From Yuukianura sp. NJ FZ-2021 (lineage: Eukaryota): a DNA stretch of 64,000 nt. This document shows, one piece after another, positions 25,420 through 38,550 of the stretch; the first letter of the stretch is position 1, and each line of letters starts with the position of its first letter. Under the pieces are notes generated by a model that saw only the letters and a list, made by a program, of their open reading frames with translations, was not told the DNA's origin and made no database searches. The position numbers and the translations under genes are program-made. Where the stretch lies: contig CM102285.1 in the NCBI GenBank assembly GCA_046563655.1, positions 12,896,001-12,960,000 on the forward strand. The letters are read 5' to 3'.

Positions 25420-26071
25420 ACTGGTTGTTTCGTCTCGATTTTTCTAAAGAATTATTGAAATTAACAAAAATTAATCTATGTTATCCAAGATTAGCCAGAA
25501 TTTAGTAATTCGTTTTATTACTTACGTTTTTGCTTCGTTTACCGAGATTTGTCCGATGTCAACGTTGATTTTGAACCAAAGTCAAGATCTTTTACTTTTC
25601 AATTAACAATTAAAAGTTACAATCCTGAATGAAATTGCTGAAATTGAAATTTTTGAAATGTTAAAAATCAAAAAACAACAAACCACAACATTCAGTTTCG
25701 CTTCGCGCCTTGGAATTTGAAAAAGTCTGGAGAAAGCGTCACTTTCACTAGAACAATAATATTAACTTAAATAGTAATGCTTCAGAAGAAAGCTAAGAAA
25801 GTTTACCTTTGACCTTAGCTCAAAGGGAAGAGCACCGCACCGCCATGCCACGTTTATGAATACCGAATCCATAGAAGGGTAGAATGGAACATCGTCTTGT
25901 CACCCTGACAACTTCCACAAACCACAACTTTATCGACAAATGTTTTGAAGCGTCATCCTCTCACGATGCGCCTCTTCCTCTCCGTTGGATAGCAAACTTT
26001 CTCCAAGATTTTTCCAAAATCACCAAAATTTTAAAATTAAAAATTTGGAGCACCATAAGAGAAGTATCGAA

Positions 26072-27416
26072 ATGCATCTTCCAGAACTTACGTCAAAAGG
26101 AGCAGTGATTGGTGGAATTGCCGTAGCTGGAGTCGTGGGAGCTGCGCTGGCTTATGCGTCACTCAGTCCAGCGGCGACCTCTGCTCATCTAGACAACTAC
26201 GAACCGGCTCCGAAGGTCCCCCGTCTCCCTCGGCAGACGTACAATTTCAACACAAACGTTCTGGACGATGACAATGACGAAGAACGCTTCCCTGGTCTTC
26301 TTATCCTTCATCAAATTCCACGGTAAGTCAAACACACTTCGGATTTCAGAAATCAACAAGTTATGGTTGGTTTTTGCAAAACAGCGGCCGACGTACTCCG
26401 TGCATTGCTCCATTCGTTCTCAAACTGGAAACGTTTTTACGGATCCACAATATTCGGTATGAGGTAAGAGATTCGCTGGAACAAAGGAAACAAAACTGAA
26501 TTAAAAACTTTGTGAAAATACTGGAAAGTTGAAATCGAAAATCCAACCAGGTAGATTTTGAATCCAAAGAAGCAAGAACGCTAACCAGTCCATGGATTAC
26601 TTTGCGGCTGGAAGATACAATTGACGCTCAGAATTCATTTGATTTTCTCTGCAACGAATACGACATTGAGCCGGACTCTCACCTGACGCAAGAGGAACGA
26701 GCAATTAGTCGAGCGTTTCATGCTGCTCTGGAGTATCATCTCTACTGGTATAATTAAACAATTAGTAACTTAATTAAATCCTGTCCTTACCATATATTTC
26801 CAATTTGATTGAAAGGGGAATCCGTTTGCAACGTTACGGCAGCGGGAGTAACGACAACTTTCGACAATGCCAGTTTCTGCCACCAGAGGCGCTGCCGTTA
26901 CTTTCAAAAGTTCGAGACATTACGGAAAAATCGGCTTGGTATCACGGGATCGGAAAAATGGCGCCATCGGAAGTCACTACCATGATTTTGGCAGATTTGG
27001 ACGCTTTGTCGGCAGTACTCGGTAATCCATCTTTGCCACCATTTGTATGGAGTTTCAGGTTCAACGTGAATATTGGACGCCATTTTCGTAAATCCAGGTT
27101 CCAAAGAGTATTTTTTCGGAAACACACATCCATCTGAACTGGACTGCACTGCGTTCGGAATGTTAGCCCAAATGCTGTGGACGATGAATGATAGTCCATT
27201 TTGCTTTGCCCTGAAACGTAAGGAAAACGTTCAAATTATGTTCTTTATGCTGCATCCGGTCGTTCCAATAGTTGATTTGTCTTTTCAGATCGCAACAAAA
27301 ATTTAAAAGATTTTTGTTGGCGAATGCGAAAAATGTTTTGGCCTGACTGGGATAACTGTCTCCACAACGTTCCATGGGATCAATCTGCACCAGATGAATT
27401 CGTCTATTGGGAATGA
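26072..27416 (+). CDS. Failed axon connections (Fax)/metaxin-like GST-fold protein
   Basis: N-terminal TM anchor, then PCIAPFVLKLETFLR, DLDALSAVLG..YFFGNTHPSELDCTAFGMLAQ and RMRKMFWPDWD, across six exons. Confidence 0.9.
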
Positions 27417-27619
27417 AGCCCTTAATTACGAAAAGGAGTTAACGATCTGCAAGTATTAGAGAAATTAAATAACTTTCAGCATCCATTTGTTTGAGAAATA
27501 CAATAGTTTTGTAATGAATAATCATTCCTGACTCAACACAACATGCTGGATACAAAGATACAAATGTATCAAAAAGTACTTGGTACGTAGAAGTTAGCAA
27601 AGTTCTGTAAAGTGTGTGT

Positions 27620-28703
27620 TCATGATTCGACTCTTGATTTTTGTTGAGTCTCCGGTGCGACCCACAATTTTTCTATGGGCTTTCCTTGTTCACATTCTGA
27701 AATAATATTCAATGACACTGACAAAATGTCGTCGTGGACATCTGATATCGGACGATTTGTTTCAATTATCTGCAAATTTAAAGTGAAAAATTATAACGGT
27801 TTGATGAAACAGAAATACTCGAATGAATCAATTCTTCAACATATTTGCAATACTACAAGTACCTGCCAAGTTTCGTCCTTAAGTTCAAAGAACTTGTCTT
27901 TAACCATTGATTGAAATTGAACATTTTCGTACCGCTCTCGTCCATAGTCTCCTCTGGCCACGGCGTCTTGTCCATCTAAATTTAAGAAAAGCACTGCGTC
28001 TGGCCGAGGAAGTCCTACGTCCGGTCCCTTGCACCAGTCAAGACTAAGGCCCTGCGGAGGTGAAAGATCAGTCGATGATACAAGTATCAGAATCTTTATA
28101 AGCAAAGACATTGACAAATTTTCACAAAATTTCCAGAGTTCTTTCATTACCTTTGCAGAAGAAAATGCAACTCCAGAAAAAGCATATCGGTCAACAATGA
28201 CAGATACTCCACTCTGCAGCATGGTCTGAATTCTTGGGCTGGTGAATAACAATAAATACATGGTCAATTACATGTCAGCAGGGTCAAAGTCAAAGCATAT
28301 ACTCCGGCAGAGGTCATTGATATAAAAACATCATATATAACTTTAGAGACTGACGCCACGGTCCACGGTTCACCTTATTTCCCATCTGTTGGCAGCGAAT
28401 AATAAATGAATTGATTCATCTTGCAGCTCTGTCTCACTTTTCAAGTACTTGTCAATCATTTGTCCAATGGTTGTCGTTCTTTCTAAATATCAAGGAAGGA
28501 TGTTATTCAACCAAATTCAAATATGACACAGTAAAATCCATTTAATAATATCAATGTAAGTTGTAACAGTATTTACCAGGAAAGGACAACGTCCCAACTG
28601 ATTTTCCCAACTGCTTAAGCTTATCCACCAGTAGTTTGACATGGGTTGACTTTCCGGCTTTATCACATCCTTCAAAAACAATTAGAGCTCCTCTACTTGC
28701 CAT
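27620..28703 (-). CDS. DTYMK: Thymidylate (dTMP) kinase
   Basis: RGALIVFEGCDKAGKST P-loop, DRYAFSGVAFS, GLPRPDAVLFL and GRERYE. Confidence 0.96.
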
Positions 28704-28922
28704 TTCCAATCCAAGTCGAACAAAAGAACAAGATATAGGGATAGGAATAGAAATCCTCAGAAGCCAATCCTGTTGAGAAGACAGTTACTAATGAAAATAT
28801 ACACATATAAATAAGAATTCCGTTTCTTGCAATTGCTAATTAACTTACCCGTCGATTAATGAGGATTTTTCCGATTTTATCGAATCAATGACGAGAAGTC
28901 AAGAGCAAAAAAGTCCAAGTCA

Positions 28923-29027
28923 ATCAGCTGATGACAAAAACAATCACTTTCCCGCGCTTCCGTCTATAATGCGCAAACCTGTGCATACTGCCTGCGCGTC
29001 TTATATGGAAACTGATATGCGCATGCG
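28923..29027. promoter_or_regulatory. Bidirectional promoter motifs: E-box ATCAGCTGAT and NRF1/Ewg-type TGCGCATGCG
   Basis: Lies between the divergent DTYMK and orphan genes. The same E-box core recurs at 34556 (PRC1-like/PET100) and 62469 (upstream of CYHR1). Confidence 0.45.
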
Positions 29028-29328
29028 TAGAACTGTGATTAGGGCGAATTTTCATTTTCATACTGGAAGTTCCAGTCTCTGCTCTGGAAGAATAAGAAAC
29101 ACATCTCAGCTGCTGGCTTTGGCTTCAACGCTGATATTAATTCCATTCCATTCCAGTGCGGCGAAAGGAAGATACCGAGAGGCAACATACTGAGGGTTGA
29201 GGTTAAAACGTTACTTTACGTTTACATTCCTTGCTAAAACGTTAGACGCAGACAGCATAAACCTAACTTGCTTCTGTTCCAGTTGCAGCAGTTCATCTTT
29301 TCCCGAGACACCGAAGTAAAAAATCAAA

Positions 29329-29981
29329 ATGGTTGGAACTTTCTCTGAACCTGGACGTTCCGACAATGGGATAACAGAGAAAGGCATTGCGGACGCTATA
29401 GATGACCTTTGGAAGCTGGTTTATCAGTACAATCTTAGCCTGAAGAATCAAGAACTGGTTGCTAAACGATTGGATTCACTGAAACTGGACAATGCGCCTA
29501 GTTGGCATTACGTGGAAGTCTCCAAGTCACTGGCAGATGACTTTTTTGGTAAAATGCAATTACAAATCCAATCTTACCTTGTAATTAATCTCAATTTTTT
29601 CAGACAATCATGAAATAAAGTCACCGGTTCCGTTGTGGCAGTTCCTCTCATTATATCTTCGTCGGAACATTACGTTTAAAACGTCGGTTGGGTACTCTTG
29701 TACAGTGAGCTTCAAAGTTGATGACATTGCAGATTCTGAGAAGGCACTTCAGTTAATGAAATCTAAAGGCAAGACACCAGGATCTTATGGACCAATCGGC
29801 TTTTGTAAGTTACTGCTAAACGTTACTTGGAAAGTAGTAAAACTATTCGTTTTGTGTGGTTTTAATTGACTGCGTTTTGATTTGTTTCGTTTTAGCTGCC
29901 AACGCAGAGACTCGTTCAGGTGCAGATGCGTTCAAACAAGCCATCAACGCTTTACATAGCTACTATTTCCGGAACCCATGA
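29329..29981 (+). CDS. Uncharacterised ~168-aa protein
   Basis: Three exons (29329-29548, 29604-29805, 29896-29981) are joined by phase-consistent GT-AG introns. No family recognised. Confidence 0.7.
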
Positions 29982-30598
29982 CCGCTGGACCAAAGACGTC
30001 CGCAAAGAAAAACCGCATCCGATGAGCTGTCTTCCTCAGTCTCCTGGTTACCGTCCATATACTGTCAAGTTAGTTTTTTTCTTACTTAACTTATCGTTAG
30101 CAGCTTCTCTTATTGCTAAATCCGAATATTTACAAAACATTCCAGTTTATTAACTGGAATTATTATTGCCAACTATAGAATCTCAATTAGTTACTCTTTC
30201 CTGCAGATTTAGTTGTTTATTATCATCCTTCAAGATTGGTTTTTTCATTAATCTGTTTCCTTTCAAACTCTTTACGCCAATAAACTTAACAGATTCTGCT
30301 TTATCCAAAAATTTAGCGATATGGAATGGAATCATCCTAACTTTTATCTAGGCATCAAAGGTGGTAAATTGAGTTGTTAAAACTGTTTGCAGAAGTGTTT
30401 GGAAAGTGTTCTCAGATAAGATAACAATTTAAGGTTAATATAATCAGAGTCTTGTTTTTGGAAGAGCCAGCAGTTACTTGACACATTACTCAACATTACT
30501 TTTGCATTTGCGAAAAATTCTGTATTGTGAGAGGCCCGACTTGCCTGTTCGTCGTTTCCGTTTCAGTTGCGTTATAAGCTAACCCGTGCCGTTAGACA

Positions 30599-32241
30599 AT
30601 GGGAGTCAAACAGTACAAAGTTGAGTTCGAAAATCCTAGCCGATGTTTCTTTCCGGGTCAAATGGTGTCGGGTAGAGTGACGATTGATGTCAACAAAAAG
30701 AAGGAAATCAAAGGTAAGTCTATCACTTCTAAAAAATCAACACAAAACTTAATTAATCAATGCTTGTTTTAACTTGTTGTGTTTTTTTAAGGGCTTTGGG
30801 TCAAATTCGAAGGGAGAGCTACCGTCTCCTGGACAGAAACTGGAGTCCAACCTGGAAAACGTGCATCTCAAAAGAATCGATCCAGGAAAATCGTGTTTCG
30901 TGACATCGAACCCTACTTTAGCAACGAACTGACACTTGTTGGACACAATTCTTTGACTGACGAAGTTGCCGGACGCGGGAAAAGCCCTAACGTTGACATT
31001 CCTGCTGGCAAGTCAATATTTCCATTTGGATTTGCTCTTCCTCTGGGTATTCCATCTTCGTATGCTGGAAAAGTTGGACAAGTCTACTACTGTGCCGAAG
31101 TTATTCTGAAAACGGGAAAGTCTTATGTCAAGCAGCGATTTCCTTTTACTGTCAACGGAATATTGGATTTGAATATTCAGCCAGGAGTTTCCGAAAAAAC
31201 GGAAGTGCGCAACTACAAGTCCGTTTGCTGCTTTTGTTGTCGAAGTGGTCCAGTCGGGTTTCTTATGAAGTTGCCAAAGAAGGGATACGTTCCAGGAGAA
31301 CCAATTCGTTTTATAATCGAAATTAACAATCAGAGTACCAGAAACGTTAAAGGAATTACGCTAAGTCTTGTTCAGGTTAGTCAGTTTCAGTTGTCATCTT
31401 AGATTAACTTAAATTGTAAACCAATTTTAAGCATTGCTCGACCCTGCCCTGAACTTTCTGTTTTGTTTTAGAATGTGAACTTCCATGCTAAAGGAAATAC
31501 ATACACTGACATTAGAACAATCCGCAAGATCCGTGGACCGGAAGTACCCAAAGGAGAAACTGAGATTTGGGATCGCGACTACTTGCAAATTCCGCCAGTA
31601 CCGCCTACCAAGTTGGCAAGTTGTGGTATTATCGACCTACGTTACACTCTTAACGTAAGTGAAAATCAGCATTACTAAAAACTAAAGTTAAGTCGCATCG
31701 TAAATTCAGCTGGTTTCTTTCTAGATTGACATGGATATCAACGGAACGAAGAAGATGAGTAGCGAATTGCCTATTGTTATTGGAACCATCCCGCTCCAAT
31801 CAACGTTTCAAATACTGCGAGTTCCACCCCCTCCACCACAACAATCTGTGATGCCTCCAGCACTACCAAGTTCAAGCACAAAAGAACAAGAAGCAGCGCT
31901 AACATCATCAGCCCCACCACCTCCCCCGCCATTCCTGGAACACTACCCTGATTTGCGTAAGTTTGATATTTCAAACACGCTGATGCTGAATTTGTAATTG
32001 TAATTTCACCAGTAATTAGCAGTTTAATAGTTTTCGTAATTTCATTCCAGCTCCTCCCAGCTACGAACAAGCGATGAGCCCGGAAGGTTCGGAATCGGAA
32101 CCCAAAGGAACTGTGAACGCTGCATACAAAAGTGGACGAAGCCACACTGGTGAAATAGAACTAGACGAAATGGCGGATCTGTTTCAGATAGACGAATCAT
32201 TCACGCCACGCTACATAACTTACGCCTGGGCTGGAATTTAG
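30599..32241 (+). CDS. Arrestin domain-containing protein (alpha-arrestin)
   Basis: Arrestin-N (FFPGQMVSGRV, FPFGFALPLGIPSSYAG), arrestin-C (KGYVPGEPI, LPIVIGTIP) and a C-terminal PPSY motif. Confidence 0.94.
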
Positions 32242-32745
32242 TTAAAATGGACCTCTGAATTAACTAATTGATGACTAAACTTCAATTGACGCGATTGAAG
32301 CAATGAATCATCGTCTGGTCAAGTGACGTGACTACAACTACAAAGCTAATCAAGTACTTTCCTGCAGAAGAACACTTAAAAATAAACCTACTTGAGTCCA
32401 GTGTATTCCATAAAATTGAAAATGAATCATAGCATATTTTAAATAACTCATGTTATTACATTTACAATTAGTACTGTGAAGTTCGAAGAGTTATCCAATT
32501 GTGTTTAGGTTTAGAAAAATTGAAAGAAAGTGCAATTAATTGAAAGCTTATCTATGGGGTATCAGTTAAAGTACCTGAATAAAAAAAGTGATGATGACCT
32601 ATGATCTACAATCCGAAATTATAAAAGAAGAGTAATTAAATTCAGATTTACCTTAAAATGTACATTGTACAGTTACAAAATTGAGCAGACGACAATCCAG
32701 CATATTCTTTTGAGTTTTGTTTCTCCTTTGGTTATAGGAATCTGA

Positions 32746-34162
32746 TTACTTTTTGAAAGGAATTGACGGTGTGGAGACGGGAGGAGCTGGTCGCTTTCTC
32801 GGCGTGAGTCCAATAGTCTAAAAGAGTGAGAAAGAACATGTTAACTGATTGATGAACAAGCATTGATAATTAACATAAAAACTGCAATCATAATGCAATA
32901 ATGCTTACGGGGTTAGGAGCAGTAGTGGTAGACCCAGTTCGTTCGAATTTCTTCTTGCTAGTTTCCTCTCGGAACTTGGCCCAATCTTCTTCAATGAGAG
33001 TTGCAATCTCCTTTCCATGGATTTTGAATGCCCGTCCATGATCAACTGCAAATTTTGTCGCGAGACGCAGTAGCTCTTGTTCTACTTTGGGGAGATTCTT
33101 CTTAACGTGGGTCAGTGTATTTTGATCTTTCAGTAAAGTGGCACCTCTGGATAAAAACGTTTTACAAACATGAATAAAGATCAAATTATGCGTGAATAAC
33201 GGGAGTAACTCGAAGTGAAAGTTGTGACGAATTCAGATTACCTGTTCACAAACCTAGTAGGATCATCTGCCTTCATGTTCAATTCGATCATGTCATTCCA
33301 CATTTGCTTCCGACATGCCAACTAAAAAGCAAAAGGCGTTACTGAAGTTAAGGTGTAAAGTTCAACCAATAAATCGATGTACCTTTTCCATGAGTGCTTT
33401 GTTCTTTTTCTGATAGTTCTTCCAAACAGCCAGTTCCGTTCTGTGAGCTTCATACAACTCCTCGGTGAAGTTCTGTGAAAGATACTTGGACATGAAATGA
33501 GCTTTGTCTTCATCGTAGACATGACAAGCATCCCAAACAAGCTGTAGCTCAGTGCGAAGAGCCTTTGTTGCCTCAGCTATCGCTCTCATTCGGCTATCCT
33601 TCTCGGCAATCCGACCAGCCAAAGCCTGATTCAAGCTGGTCAGCTATAACGTAAGACAAATGCATTGATAGTTCACAAATGAATTGGAATCAAGTAAAAA
33701 GCACACTGACCGCGGCTGCCACTTCTGGGTGCATGACGGAGTAGTGGAGGCTGAGATCTTCGTCCTCTTTCATGTCTGACCATCGCTGAACCATCGTTCC
33801 CCATTCCTTCATAATCGTTTCCCGCTTCACTTCAAATGCAGCAACGGACTGGCGCAACAGCTCCTGAAAAAAGTAACAGTTAACGGCTCATTTCTTTCAT
33901 TTTCAATTTCGAGTTAAGTTTTGTTAGTAAAGGTTACCTCCGATTGTGAAACAGTTGTATTACTCAAAGCCCATTCCGGAAAATTCTCGGTGTCTTCACT
34001 GGCCAAAACCTTCTCCAGATCCGTCGTCGGATTCCGATCTAACATCTTGAAGTATGGTCTGATCTTTTTCCTTGATAATCGAAGTTTCTCCTTGATTTCG
34101 TTCTTCTCTTCATCTTCTACGACGACTACTTGCTCCTGTGGTGCTTGACCACCCATTGTCAT
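32746..34162 (-). CDS. PRC1/Fascetto (MAP65/Ase1) family protein, short divergent form
   Basis: LRTELQLVWDACH..FTEELYEAH..DPTRFVNRGATLLK..LPKVEQEL..HGRAFKIHG matches the spectrin-like microtubule-binding region. The start codon is uncertain. Confidence 0.8.
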
Positions 34163-34924
34163 CGATAGATAGATTGGTAGCCCTTTATAAACGATGTTCT
34201 TGCGAATCTGAAAAATTAAAACAGTCAGTCCAATCTGAATCTGATTCAACTAACTACACATTATCCTACTTTGGGTCAAAACTGTTTACAGTTAGCGATC
34301 GGACTTACCTCTATTTGTACTGGCCGTCGTGCGTACCTCCCTGTCCAGTTCACTGTCAAGTCGAAATCCAGTGACCTCGTAAACAACAAACAAGAAAAAG
34401 CGAATTACAACAAAGCAAAGAAAAGAGGAACGGTAAAAATTTGCCTAATAAAGTCCGTACAGGCGCCGGCGGGAGTAACGGAGTTTCCCACCGTTCCAAG
34501 TTTCGAATTTTGTGCACCCTGGGATTTTTAGTGTAAAAACAGTAAACAATAGCTTATCAGCTGATTGAAGCACAAACGTTGTTTCCAATTATTCAGTCTA
34601 TTGATTAATCAGTTCTTCAGTGTAGCACGTCATCACACACAACCGTGTCACCGCTGGACATCAAGTAATAAGGGAGGACATAACTGGATTTGCATAAAAC
34701 GGTGGAATCGATCTGGAATAAACTGGTAAAATAAAGCTGTTATAAAACGTTTAACTAAAGTCATGTTAAAGTTATGGTAGTTTAGTATAAACATGATGCT
34801 CTAATGTAATGTTATGACTTATGTTTAGAACCAGAACCCAGGCGTTACTTCTTGAGTGACCGGACCATACCGCACTTAGTTGGACGCAGTTCAGATCTAC
34901 CTCGTGTCGGAAAATTACTGCACA

Positions 34925-35176
34925 ATGGGAAACTGGCAACTGGAAGTATTCAAAATGACAATCTGTGTCACCGCTCCAGTGATCGTATTCTATCTCTACA
35001 ATCAGCCGCAACTGTTTGAGGATTGGGTCATCCACAAGAAACGGCAGCTGTACCCCCCTTCGTCAATTGCCGAAAACAGTGAACTTAAGGAATTTATCAA
35101 GTCTTACAAAGCGAAGAAGGATGCTGAAGCCCTGCAAAAACTTCAACACGAAACCGATTTTCAAAAGACAACCTAA
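34925..35176 (+). CDS. PET100: Cytochrome c oxidase assembly protein PET100
   Basis: MGNWQLEVFKMTICVTAPVIVFYLYNQPQLFEDWV..LYPP signature in a single coding exon. Confidence 0.93.
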   Translation: MGNWQLEVFKMTICVTAPVIVFYLYNQPQLFEDWVIHKKRQLYPPSSIAENSELKEFIKSYKAKKDAEALQKLQHETDFQKTT

Positions 35177-35311
35177 GTTTTCTTTTATAACTGGTAGGTA
35201 AAAGTAAGTTCGCGTTTTAAACAAACGTTATAGTTTAACTGCAAAGTATAGGAAGTTATTGATTACAATTAAACTTTGAAATATACAGTCCATGAGTATT
35301 TAAACTTTGCT

Positions 35312-37260
35312 TTAGTTTACGACAGGGTTGAGGTGGACAGTTGGTCCTTTCGATTGGCGATTTGGTGGAGTCCGTTTAGGAGGCAAGGCGTTTATGGTTA
35401 TTGACGTTGAGGGGTCAGTAAAAAACGATGACGGAGAAATAGATGAGGGCTGAAATTGAGTAGAATTGTATGATGCTTCGCTACTGACAGTACTCGACCC
35501 GGATGCTGTTGCTGCTGATGTGTTATTCTTGGGGATCAAAATTTTTATAGGAACTTGACCTCCACAGTTTTGACTGACAGCGACCGGCGGGTAACAAGTT
35601 CTGACACTTTCGTTGTTGCCGTTAGTTGTATTGAGGTTGATGCTTCCCTGAAGATGTCGATTGATGTGGATCTTCATTTTGTCCTGTCTGCTGAACTCCC
35701 TACAACCAAATCAAGTAATCGTTAGGTAAGCTATGGTTAATTGATAAACTCAATTACTTTGAATTCTACCGTGTAGCTTACTTTGGACAGGACGGGCATT
35801 TGTAAGGCTTCTCCGACGTATGCAGGCACCTACGGTTAAATCACATTTAATTTATGAAATTCAAGTTTCATGCAACGCTGAATTTTCAACTTTTTACCTA
35901 ATATGTCGCTTCAAGTGCGCTGACCTTGCAAATTCATGCTGAAATTGTAAGAATTAAAATGAAATTATGAAATTGAAATGATAATTTTTTAAAAACCTTT
36001 TTTTAAACTGCTTACAGAACACAATGGACACGGGTACGGTCTTTTGCTCGAAGTATTCGTGTGATTGGACTTGATATGTCGCTGCAACTGGAGAGCTCCA
36101 TCGAACAATTGATTACACCATGGACACACTGATGGCTTTACTTCCAGAAGTGGATCATCAACCGGTTCTGTTTTGATTTGTACTTCACATGACCCCTCCA
36201 GTAATTCCGTGTCATTGTCATTCAGTTCCAGTGCTTCATCATCTTCGTCTCCAAACATCATGTCAAGATTTTCATTGGTATAGACAAAACTCTCAGCCTT
36301 GTCATGTTGCAATTGCAATCGATTTCTATCTAGAGATTCCTCTGATCCAGACATTCTCGTTAGAGTAGGCGGGGAGTATGGACCAGCGTCGCGATACATT
36401 CTGGAATGTCCAGATCGGTTCAGCGTTATTTCGGTACTGGCTGCTCCTGGGCTAGTTGCCGGAGAAGGTGTCATGCGCAGAAGTTTCGGCATGGGCGGAA
36501 CTGTCAACCTACTGGAATTCGGAGATGGTGACCTTGAACGTTTCCTGGAGTCTTCTTCTTCATCCTCATCGTACGACTTCTGTACGTCGTCGTCTTGTTC
36601 CGTCTTGACGGCAATCGCTTTAGTGATTTGTGACAACAGCGATTTACTTACACCGCCGCCAATACTGGAACCGGATTGGTCCGTCGGATTTGCTGTCGTA
36701 ATGGCATTGCGTAGAATCGGCCTGGCTTTTGAAGCAGATTTGGTTGATGAGCGATTTGGAGTTGGCTGCAGCGCTTCAGCGACAGCGTATTCCAACGATT
36801 CACATCCAAGTTCCCTTGCAGCGTTTAGAAGCGGTGCAAGAGTTGTTCTGCTGACAGTGATTCGTCCACCGTAGACATACTGAAGGGCCAACTGGACTTC
36901 AGCGACTTTGCAGTCTCGCAGTATTACCATTGGATGTGTACATGGATTCATGGTGGGATTAGACGTAAATAGATCGTACAAGTATCCACTGACAGCACAC
37001 AGGACGAGCTAAGAACAAATTCAAACTTTCAAAAATTAGTTTTAAAAATTCAAAAATTTTGGAGAAATGGACAATAAATTAGAGAAATCAGATTTCGATG
37101 TGCATACCCGATGTGCTTGAACTTGTCCATCGACACATGACAATGTGACATCCACAAATTGATTCTTGGCCAAAAGACTTTGACATGTCAGTTGAAGGTT
37201 CGTCGCTTCTCCGGGGTCTTCACAAACTAAACTAACAATTTCATCTTGATCAGCCGCCAT
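35312..37260 (-). CDS. BTB/POZ - C2H2 zinc-finger transcription factor (tramtrack-group-like)
   Basis: BTB domain (FVDVTLSC..AHRLVLCAVSGY..HPMVIL..LQYVYGG) and three C2H2 fingers with a TSEKPY linker across short exons. Confidence 0.92.
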
Positions 37261-38550
37261 TTTTCTGAAAATTCAAAAAACCAAAGTCAATGTCACCAAA
37301 TGCTACCAAAAAATGCTGTCATGCGCACAGCAGTCTCCGTTTCCCCTTGGATTCAGCATCTTTTGCTACATTTCATTAAAATCTTCAATAATCGAACACA
37401 AATGCTGTAAAATGACACTCCAAAATACTAAAAATCTAAAATCGCGAAAATCCTCACCTTCTATGCGACGCTGTTTCCAAAATATTTCCAAAAAAATTTT
37501 CTTTTCTTATACTAATTTATGTTTCCGTCGTGCCAAGCCAAGCAGCTTGTGTCTTGTGTGTAAGCCGGCAGTGGCAGTATACTACCAATGTACTTGCTCT
37601 TTTCTTGTACCACACAAGTAATTAGTTGTTTGTGCTAAATGGTTGAAACACCGTTTAAATTCCGTTTTTGGTCAAGAAGTCCTTGAATTTTGAAGTTCAT
37701 GTAGCCAGAAGGGGGAAAGGTGGTATTTTTAGTTGATACTCGGGGAGTATGTGTAGTATTTACTGTGGTCCAAAAGGAACTGGATATGTTGTTCCCTGTG
37801 CCAAGTCGAAGGAGGGGAGAGAGGGGGTTCGAATTGAAGTGTTGGCGATAAGCAGATCCATAAGTGGGGGGACTCTCCCCTTTTTCTCTTTTTTCCATCA
37901 TCACGAATCCCCCCTTCTGTGCTCTTCTCAGAATGCTTAGCTTTTCAATTCCAAAAGCCCCTGGCTTTTTCTGCACTGCATGGGAACCACTTCGGGGAAG
38001 TACTTTTATCTGATGCTCAAAGTGGAGCTGCTGGATGGCCCCCACTGCAAGGCCATGAGATGGGAGGGGGCATGCCAATGTCAATTTTTTTGTGTGTGAA
38101 AAAATGTGATGGAATTGGAATTGGAAGTTTAGTTTCAAGTTTTGTGCAATGCGATTTACTTACAGAAATGCCACGCTAACGCCGATGCCTGGTGAAAGTC
38201 AGAATCAGAGGGAAGTGAAGAAGAAAATGCAATTTAGTTTAATCGAACCTGTTAGAAACTAAAAGCATTTTTGAATTTTTTGAATTTTGAATGTAATGTT
38301 TGAATCTTGGTAAGTTGAAATTTCAGTGATTTCGGTCGTTGACCTCATGACCTTTTAGTTGACATGGAACGCTTATGCGTTGGGGACAAAAATGAAAGAT
38401 GAACAAGGATTTAACAATAATGCAAAACTAAAAATTCATGAAATTGAATTTAGTTTTATTGAAATTAGTAAGATTGGATAGGGTGGAAATTTATTACATT
38501 TCGATCCAAAATGCTTGGTTTTGTGACTGCTGTTCTAGGCAGCATTGGGA

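Noticed and set aside
28052..28150. Stop-free 99-nt in-frame intron in DTYMK
   Set aside because: Expected occasionally among many short introns, and retention would disrupt the kinase fold.
28240..28373. Possible intronic snoRNA in DTYMK (ATGATGT..CTGA, or ANANNA..ACA)
   Set aside because: The boxes are imperfect, with no convincing stems or recognisable rRNA guide.
36299..36874. 191-aa plus-strand ORF, and similar ones at 21072, 38545, 41938 and 49676
   Set aside because: Antisense shadows of real coding exons.
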